Assembly (NCBI GenBank): GCA_038230375.1
Contig: JBBRNJ010000013.1
Coordinates: 32,001 to 96,000, forward strand
Reading direction: 5' to 3'
Origin: Polyangiales bacterium
GTDB taxonomy: Bacteria; Myxococcota_A; Polyangia; Polyangiales; Polyangiaceae
DNA length: 64,000 bases
Part shown: in pieces, positions 57,723 to 64,000 of the stretch
How positions within the stretch are numbered: the first letter of the stretch is position 1
How the letters are laid out: every line of letters starts with the position of its first letter
The notes under the pieces: model-generated
Seen by the model: only the letters and a program-made list of their open reading frames with translations
Databases searched by the model: none
Told to the model about the DNA's origin: nothing
Translations under genes and position numbers: made by a program

Positions 57723-58921
57723 TCTTCGATCTTCCGTCGCAGGAACTCGCGCTCGGCGTCGTTCGTTGCGAGAGCCAGCGCTCGCTCGTAGTCGTCGCGA
57801 GCATCCTCGCCGAGCTTGCGGCGGTAGTCGGCGCGCATCGCATAGAAGAGATGGTAGCGCGCGAGCGGCTCCTCGAGCTCGGCGAGCGCTGTCAGCGCCG
57901 CAGCCGGACCCGACGCCATGCACACGGCGACCGTGCGATTCAGCGCCACCACCGGCGAAGGATGGAGCGCGAGCAGGCGTTCATAGGCGCGAAGGATCTT
58001 GCTCCAGTCGGTGCCATCCCATGTCGGTGCCGTCGCATGACATGCCGCGATCTCAGCCTGGAGCACGTAGTTCTCGGGGCCGGCGCAGCGGCGCGCGTGC
58101 TCGAGCGCCATCAGGCCTTCCGTGATCATCGGACGGTCCCAGCGCGCGCGTTCTTGCTCGGAGAGGAGGAGCAGGTCGCCCCGCGCGTTCGTTCGGGTCG
58201 CGGCGCGCGCCAGCGAGAATGCGATCAGCGCGAGGAGCCCGAAGACCTCCGCCTCCGTCGGCAAGAGATCGCACAGCAGGCGCCCCAGGCGAAATGCCTC
58301 TGCCTGGAGATCGAGCCGCATCAACCCGCCCTCGCGCGTGGTGTGGCCTTCGTTGAAGATCAAGTAGACGACCGCGAGCACCGACGCGAGCCGCCCTGGC
58401 AGCTCGCCGCGCGACGGGACCTCGTACGGGAGCTTGCTCTCGGCGATCGTGTTCTTCGCGCGCGTGATTCGCTGCGCGACCGTCTTCTCCGGCGAGAGAA
58501 ACGCGCGTGCGATCTCCTCCACCGAAAATCCAAGGACGACCTTGAGCGTCAGCGCGACCTGCGTCTCGAGCGTGAGCACCGGATGGCAGCACGTGAAGAT
58601 CAGGCGAAGCTCGTCGTCACTCACGGAATCGGTCGGCTCGGGCTGGATCATCTCGTCCTCTGCCAGCAGCGGTGCCTTCTCGCTCATGACCCGACGATGG
58701 CGCGCGGCGTCTCGCGCCTGGTTCTTTGCGGTCGTCGTGAGCCACGCGGCTGGATTTTGCGGCTTACCATCCACGGGCCAGCGCGAGAGCGCCGCAAGGA
58801 GAGCTTCCTGAAACGCCTCTTCGGCCGCGTCAATGCTGCCGAGCACGCGAACGAGCGCGCCCACGACCCGGGCCTTTTCGCCGCGGATCACCGCGTCGAG
58901 CGTCCGATTCAGCTCCTCCAC
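57719..58921 (-). CDS. ECF42-type sigma factor with a C-terminal TPR extension
   Basis: AEEAFQEA, AWL, DDELRLIFTCCHP, QRITRAK, YLIFNEG, LQAEIAACH and SPVVALNR. Confidence 0.92.
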   Translation of the reverse strand: MEELNRTLDAVIRGEKARVVGALVRVLGSIDAAEEAFQEALLAALSRWPVDGKPQNPAAWLTTTAKNQARDAARHRRVMSEKAPLLAEDEMIQPEPTDSVSDDELRLIFTCCHPVLTLETQVALTLKVVLGFSVEEIARAFLSPEKTVAQRITRAKNTIAESKLPYEVPSRGELPGRLASVLAVVYLIFNEGHTTREGGLMRLDLQAEAFRLGRLLCDLLPTEAEVFGLLALIAFSLARAATRTNARGDLLLLSEQERARWDRPMITEGLMALEHARRCAGPENYVLQAEIAACHATAPTWDGTDWSKILRAYERLLALHPSPVVALNRTVAVCMASGPAAALTALAELEEPLARYHLFYAMRADYRRKLGEDARDDYERALALATNDAEREFLRRKIED

Positions 58922-59619
58922 AGCTCGCGGATCTCCACCCCTCCGTGGCGCACGAAGTCGGCGTTCATCGCAAAGGCAACGACCTCATCGATCGTCTGCA
59001 TCCTCAGGAAGAACAGCCCTCCGATCACCTCCTTGCTCTCCAGGAAGGGGCCGTCGAAGATGGCGCGCTGATTTCCTTCCGTCGCTGCGATGCGGCGTCC
59101 CGTGCTCGGCGCGTGGAGGCGAACGCCACCGCACATCTTGTCGGTGGGAAAGTTGTCGCGAGAGCTCGCGTCGACGCGATCCATGATGTCGACCCACGCG
59201 GGCTCGTTTGCGGCGTTGCCGAGGACGGCGCAGCCGAATACACGCCCCGGCTGACGCATCTTCTCTGGGTTGTGGCTGCCCTTCATGAGCGGCCGCACGT
59301 CGAGCGCGCTCCCCGGAGACACCGGGCAACGCTCTGCGAGCTTCGTCGCGGCATCCAGATCGTCTGCTTGCACGACGTAGTAGCCGCTCAGCGTCGCCTC
59401 CGCGAAGGGTCCGGTGACGACGCGCGCGGCCCCATCGCGCGTGCTCACGCGCCTTCCTTCCGACACCGGACGAAGGCGCTCGCCGTCGAGAAATACCGAG
59501 AGCGCGCGCAGCTCCTGCTCGTAGGCCGTGCGGCCCTCGATGAGGGCCTGCGTTTCGCCCGGCGTGCGCTCTCGTTCCTTCGCGAGATCCTCTGTGACCA
59601 TCAACATGTACTGGGGCAT
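58909..59619 (-). CDS. YciI/DGPF-family protein with two tandem DGPF domains
   Basis: VTGPFAE..LSGYYVV...DVRP and FDGPFLESKEVIGG...EIRE. Overlaps the sigma start. Confidence 0.87.
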   Translation of the reverse strand: MPQYMLMVTEDLAKERERTPGETQALIEGRTAYEQELRALSVFLDGERLRPVSEGRRVSTRDGAARVVTGPFAEATLSGYYVVQADDLDAATKLAERCPVSPGSALDVRPLMKGSHNPEKMRQPGRVFGCAVLGNAANEPAWVDIMDRVDASSRDNFPTDKMCGGVRLHAPSTGRRIAATEGNQRAIFDGPFLESKEVIGGLFFLRMQTIDEVVAFAMNADFVRHGGVEIRELWRS

Positions 59620-59647
59620 CGTGTCCCTCGCGAGCGGAGAGAGTCGC

Positions 59648-60076
59648 TCAGCCGCCTACGTAGACTTGCACTTCGTCGGGCGCGGGGCGCCCTTTTCCGT
59701 TCTCGAGGAGCGCCTTCAGGCTGAGCAGGAAGGTGCCCCACTTCGTACTGCAATGATGCATGAACTCGACGGGCTCTTTCCAGTCCGCGTGCGTGAAGAG
59801 GACGAAGGTCTGACCCTTCTTCTCGACGATCTCGAACTTGACCTCCGTGTCCATCCACTCGCTCGTGCCGCGAACGCACTTCCAACGTACGAGCGTGGGG
59901 CCTGCCTCGACCACCTTGAAGTCGTGGCTGTTGAAGAACGTGAGCACCCCGCCCTTCTTCGCGTCGCCCGTGGCATTGGAGTCCCACCAGGCGCGGTTGC
60001 CTTCGAGGGAGGTCAGGGTCTCGAGGACTTTGCTGGGGGTCGTGGCGATTCCGACGCGGTGAAGAATGTCCGGCAT
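59648..60076 (-). CDS. SRPBCC/AHSA1 (START-like) domain protein
   Basis: MPDILHRV, AWW, EWMDTEV.F, FTH.DW and CSTKW..FL.SLK..LENGKG.P. AAGGAG RBS. Confidence 0.87.
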   Translation of the reverse strand: MPDILHRVGIATTPSKVLETLTSLEGNRAWWDSNATGDAKKGGVLTFFNSHDFKVVEAGPTLVRWKCVRGTSEWMDTEVKFEIVEKKGQTFVLFTHADWKEPVEFMHHCSTKWGTFLLSLKALLENGKGRPAPDEVQVYVGG

Positions 60077-60143
60077 GGCGATGCTCCTTTTCTGGGGTTT
60101 TCGTGAGGGTTGCTGGAACGGCCTTGGCTCGTTCCGCCCTGAC

Positions 60144-60170
60144 GACGTTCGACCCGTCAGAAACTCTACA
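60144..60170 (-). promoter_or_regulatory. Candidate ECF42 promoter (TGTAGA-N17-CGTC)
   Basis: One mismatch to the ECF42 -35 TGTCGA as recalled, with a CGTC -10. It lies directly upstream of the SRPBCC-DGPF-ECF42 operon. Confidence 0.6.
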
Positions 60171-61245
60171 TACCCCCGTCGATTTTTCCGGAAGCGCCCG
60201 CGTCGCACGGCTGCACGCCGGGATACATCGGCGCTGGTGCTGGCTTTCCGAGCCTCACGGCAACCGCATCGAAGCCGATTCCGAATGAGAGCGCGTTGCA
60301 AGGTTGACCCGACTCGTTGGTCCCGTCGTCCAGGATGTCCTGGGCCTGCCTGATTTCTTGCGCGAACACCTCGAAAACAAGTTCGTCACAGACGATGCGT
60401 CGTGAGAATGGTTCGCCAAATACCCGAGCCCACGACACCACCTCCTCCGTGGTGAGAATGCCGGAGATCACGCCAGTCGCCGTGCGATTGTTCGGCTCCA
60501 CGCGCATCATCAATCGCGCCCGGTGAATTGGCACGGGAAGCGACGGATGCCCTCCCGTTGGAATGTGGAGATCGAAGAGCAAGGTGGGCAACCGCGTGGT
60601 GCTGACCCAGGTCCGATCGTTCATGTAGCCAAGGACCGGGAGCAGCGGCCTCGCGGGGTCGTCGGCCACGAAGGAAGTGAGGTCGAGGTCGCGCACGTCG
60701 GTCCCGTCCCACGCAGGGGTCGCCAACGGCGTCGACCGAAACAGCGTGCCGGGGAGCGGTGAGTAGCTGGGCTTGTTGCCCACACCGTCGAGCTCGATCA
60801 GAAGCGTGGAGTCTCCTCCGGCGAGGACGTCGTTCGCCTGATTCGGCGCGTCGCCGACGATCGACGTGAGTATCGACACCAGGCTATGGCCGAACGAGTT
60901 GTCAATGCCGTTGTCACCGTCCTCTTGCGCCGATTCTGAAGCGGCGGGTGTGTACATACAGACGTCCGTCGATGTCGAATCGGTCGTTTTTCCGTCGATG
61001 TCGAGGCCGTAGCGCCTCCAGGAATCATCGGTATACCCGTCGTACGTGTGGTCGCCGAAGTAGAGCTTCGAGATGGCGAACACCGTCGGACCGCTGCCGT
61101 CGGCCCGAGGTCCGCGCGGATCGGGTGGAACGATCCCCGCGCTCGAGGCAGGTGCCCTTGTCGAGCTGCAGGCGGAGACGGCCCCTAACGCGAATGATGC
61201 GCCTACCATCAGAACAAGCCCCGCAATGAGCCGCTCCAGAGCCAT
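60166..61245 (-). CDS. Hypothetical lipoprotein
   Basis: Lipobox VSAC, W..YGLDIDG.....C...DGDNGIDNSFG and CNALSFGIGFDA. Confidence 0.72.
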   Translation of the reverse strand: MALERLIAGLVLMVGASFALGAVSACSSTRAPASSAGIVPPDPRGPRADGSGPTVFAISKLYFGDHTYDGYTDDSWRRYGLDIDGKTTDSTSTDVCMYTPAASESAQEDGDNGIDNSFGHSLVSILTSIVGDAPNQANDVLAGGDSTLLIELDGVGNKPSYSPLPGTLFRSTPLATPAWDGTDVRDLDLTSFVADDPARPLLPVLGYMNDRTWVSTTRLPTLLFDLHIPTGGHPSLPVPIHRARLMMRVEPNNRTATGVISGILTTEEVVSWARVFGEPFSRRIVCDELVFEVFAQEIRQAQDILDDGTNESGQPCNALSFGIGFDAVAVRLGKPAPAPMYPGVQPCDAGASGKIDGGM

Positions 61246-61581
61246 GCGGGGAGTGCTGCACGACCCGAACCAACGCGCGATCGACAGAAAAACAAGCCGT
61301 TCCGTGCGTCGAGCGTGGGGTGACCACCGCGCCGTCAGGTTCTGGTGTTGCTCCGGATTCACAGTGGCTTGATACGGCGACACGCGAGCCCTTCGAGGCT
61401 GCGCCAATTGCGCAAAGCGCGTCCCAATTGTGGGGATGTTGCACAAGGCGCATGTCGGTCACGGGGCGTGGCCTCGCGTTCTCTGTGCTTTCTTGCGCGC
61501 GTTCCCCTGGCACGCGGTTCGCTGGACTCGGCACCGAGGTGACCACGCCATGGGCAAAGAGCAACAGGACGGAGCCCGCGA

Positions 61582-62940
61582 TTGAAGCGCATCCCGCACG
61601 CAGTCCGGGGGGATGAGCGACAGCCGCGTGGTCCGAGGCCGATCTCTGGCACACGCAAGGCGACCCGGCTGCAGGCGCTCGGTCGATACTGGCTCGTCTG
61701 CGAGCTGGGCAAGGGAGGCATGGGCACCGTGCATCTTGCGCGATGTGATGGGCCTGGCGGATTCCGCAAATGGCTTGCGATCAAGACATGCCACGTTGCG
61801 CACAATCCAGAGAGCGACGTCGTGCCGATGTTCCTGGACGAAGCGCGCGTCGCCGCCCAGATCTCCCACCCGAACGTGGTGAGCGTCTTCGACGCCGGCA
61901 TCGAGGACGGCGTCCACTACATGGCGATGGAGTACCTGCACGGCGAGCCCCTGCGCGAGCTCGTGCGCCACGTCGAAGCATGCGGAATTCCCGTGCCGGT
62001 GCACGTTGCTTGCCGCCTGATCGCAGATGCCGCCGAGGGCCTGCATGCTGCGCACGAAGCCACGAACGATCAGGGCGAGCCGCTCAATATCGTCCACCGC
62101 GACGTGTCGCCGCACAACCTGTTCGTGACGTACGAGGGCACGACCAAGCTCGTGGATTTTGGCGTCGCGAAGTTCCGCGCGAAGGCCACGGAGACACGCG
62201 TGGGCACCATCAAGGGCAAGGTGAGCTACATGTCGCCCGAGCAGGTGCGCGGCGGCGCCATCGACCGCCGTTCAGACATCTTTGCGCTGGGGGTCATCCT
62301 CTGGGAGCTCACCACCGCGCGACGGCTCTTTCGCGGTGACGACACGCTGGACACGATCGCGCGGGTGCTGGATCTGGAGATCCGGCGGCCCACCACGCTG
62401 GTGCGCGGATATCCCGCGGACCTCGAGGCGGTTGTGATGGGCGCGCTCTCCAAGGACCGCGACGAGCGCTTCCGCACCGCGCACGATTTTGCACGCGCGC
62501 TCACCGAAGTCCTGTTCCGTCGCGGGCTCTTCGTGACCGGCGACGACGTATTCCAGTACATGCAGGCCGTCTTCCACGATCGCATCCAGGAGCGCGATGC
62601 GGTGCTGCGAACGTCGGCCGCGCTGTCACTGCGGCGAGACCCTTCCCGTCCGACATACGCGAGCGAGGCCGAGACGGCTGCGTTGCCGCTCGTGCATCCA
62701 CCGGCGCAGATGCCGACCACCGCGACGATGTCGGTTCACACGCAGGAGATCGAAGACAGCATCGACATTGTCCTGGGGGACGATGACCTTGTGGAGGTCA
62801 TGCCGGTCTCGCTGGCGACCGAGCAGCGCGCTCCGAAACAGCGAACCGCAACGGCCCTCGCCGTGCTCGCGCTGACCATACTGGCGATGGCACTCCTCGG
62901 CTTCGCGATCGCGATCTCTCTGGTGCTGCTGCTCACGTGA
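61582..62940 (+). CDS. Hanks-type Ser/Thr protein kinase with a C-terminal TM
   Basis: LGKGGMG, AIK, FLDEAR, HRDVSPHN, DFG, YMSPEQ and SDIFALG. Terminal hydrophobic helix. The start codon is uncertain. Confidence 0.93.
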   Translation: MKRIPHAVRGDERQPRGPRPISGTRKATRLQALGRYWLVCELGKGGMGTVHLARCDGPGGFRKWLAIKTCHVAHNPESDVVPMFLDEARVAAQISHPNVVSVFDAGIEDGVHYMAMEYLHGEPLRELVRHVEACGIPVPVHVACRLIADAAEGLHAAHEATNDQGEPLNIVHRDVSPHNLFVTYEGTTKLVDFGVAKFRAKATETRVGTIKGKVSYMSPEQVRGGAIDRRSDIFALGVILWELTTARRLFRGDDTLDTIARVLDLEIRRPTTLVRGYPADLEAVVMGALSKDRDERFRTAHDFARALTEVLFRRGLFVTGDDVFQYMQAVFHDRIQERDAVLRTSAALSLRRDPSRPTYASEAETAALPLVHPPAQMPTTATMSVHTQEIEDSIDIVLGDDDLVEVMPVSLATEQRAPKQRTATALAVLALTILAMALLGFAIAISLVLLLT

Positions 62941-62943
62941 CGG

Positions 62944-64000
62944 TCACTTCTTCCGTGGCTCGTCGTCGTCAGGCTTCTTGAGGAGCTGCCCGGCACACCG
63001 CGCAAGGTCCTCGTCGGATGCCATCCAGTCGAGTGAGTTCTTGAACGCAAGGATGACCTGCGTCAGATCTTGCTGCGCGTAGGTCATGGCCAGCTGCGAG
63101 AGCGCTTCGTCCGTTGGCGGTGCCGACGGCATCATGTCCTTGCTCTCCTCCGGACCGTTGGATGCGTTGGCGAGCGGATTGGCGAACATCGCGCCCGAAG
63201 ACAGCACGAGCACACGCGCCGACTTCGGGCTCTTGCCGTGACCAAACCCGCTCGTCAGCACGCCTTCGACCGACGCGGCGACGATCGCCGGCGCGTGCGG
63301 CCCCTCCCCCGACGGGGCGCTCGGCCATAGCGCGCCGCCCTTCGTGACCAGCGCGCTCTCGGTCGACGACCGCGCCAGCACATGGAACGTGGCCTCTGGT
63401 TGCTTCGTCAGCTCGAGCGTGAGCGAAGACGCGAACGGAAACGGCAGCGCGGCCATGTTGAAGAAGATGGCCGCGTCCTTGTCCAGGAAGCTCGCATCGG
63501 GCTTTGAATCGCCGGAGTACACCAGCGGCATGAACGACATCTGACGCGTGCTCATACCTCCGCTGGCGGACGCCACCCTCACGGCGAAGCTGTGATGCAG
63601 ATCCAGCACCAGGTCCTCGTGCATGTGAATGCCGTACGAAGAAAGAAGCTTGGGCAGGCCGTGCGCGGCGAGCGTGAGCGTCATCGTGGGGTCGCTCGTG
63701 CGCACGTTGACCGCGCTTGCCGCGATCACGAGCGAGTGCCCCTGCATCACGTACTCGTCGATGCGCGACAGCTCTGCGTCCGAAAAGTCGCCGCTGGGCT
63801 GCACGATCATGAGGCCTGCGGTGTTCGACTCTGGTGCTGCCTTCGTCAGGTCAGTCTCCACGAACGCGTAGAACGGGAAAGTCTGCTCGATGATGGCCTG
63901 TACGTTCGGGGAGGAGCCCGCGGTCCGTGGCACAAGGTTCGCGGCGCGCAGGCTGGTCTCCCCATGTCCTATGGCGACCGCGAGGCGGTAGCCCGCGTGA
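62944..64000 (-). CDS. GldG-like ABC-transport auxiliary domain protein, partial (5' end beyond the window)
   Basis: The frame stays open to the window edge (HAGYRLAVAIGHGE...). IDEYVMQG, LLSSYGI...DLVLD, FPFASSL and FKNSLDW..DEDL. Confidence 0.78.
   Translation of the reverse strand, partial: HAGYRLAVAIGHGETSLRAANLVPRTAGSSPNVQAIIEQTFPFYAFVETDLTKAAPESNTAGLMIVQPSGDFSDAELSRIDEYVMQGHSLVIAASAVNVRTSDPTMTLTLAAHGLPKLLSSYGIHMHEDLVLDLHHSFAVRVASASGGMSTRQMSFMPLVYSGDSKPDASFLDKDAAIFFNMAALPFPFASSLTLELTKQPEATFHVLARSSTESALVTKGGALWPSAPSGEGPHAPAIVAASVEGVLTSGFGHGKSPKSARVLVLSSGAMFANPLANASNGPEESKDMMPSAPPTDEALSQLAMTYAQQDLTQVILAFKNSLDWMASDEDLARCAGQLLKKPDDDEPRKK

Noticed and set aside
1..64000. Hundreds of long alternative-frame and antisense ORFs (e.g. 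14190..15707-, 11805..13427+, 25429..27033+, 50814..52676-)
   Set aside because: They are Arg/Pro/Ala-rich shadows of real genes, as expected at high GC, and show no family motifs.
1..64000. tRNA, rRNA, riboswitch, IS or prophage
   Set aside because: No recognisable motifs, and intergenic gaps are short. An Infernal/tRNAscan run would be needed to exclude small RNAs formally.

Overview
A gene-dense, high-GC bacterial chromosomal segment, most likely from a myxobacterium (Myxococcota, Polyangiaceae/Labilithrix-like). The taxonomy is inferred from a MYXO-CTERM-like protease, an AgmX/PglI-like domain, RCC1 and Cys-rich lipoproteins, and a Pkn-type kinase. About 60 real genes can be separated from the many shadow ORFs. 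They include a heavy-metal RND efflux operon in A-C-B order, GH130, a POT transporter, a catalase-related lipoprotein, a P450, an FKBP-cyclophilin fusion, an M19 dipeptidase, a class III cyclase, a Pro-1 tautomerase and panE. There is also an ECF sigma/FecR-TPR/beta-barrel/Cys-rich lipoprotein/di-heme cytochrome c locus, an ECF42-DGPF-SRPBCC operon with a candidate cognate promoter, and about 25 predicted lipoproteins. I saw no rRNA, tRNA, CRISPR array, transposase or integrase. The most notable observations are: (i) a recurrent TAnnnT box 6-7 nt before at least 12 start codons, suggesting widespread leaderless mRNAs; (ii) tandem 21-bp palindromic sites immediately downstream of an uncharacterised putative DNA-binding gene; (iii) the ECF-FecR-di-heme surface system; and (iv) four apparently broken genes, which may be real decay or assembly errors. 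All family calls come from motif recognition by eye, not from database searches.
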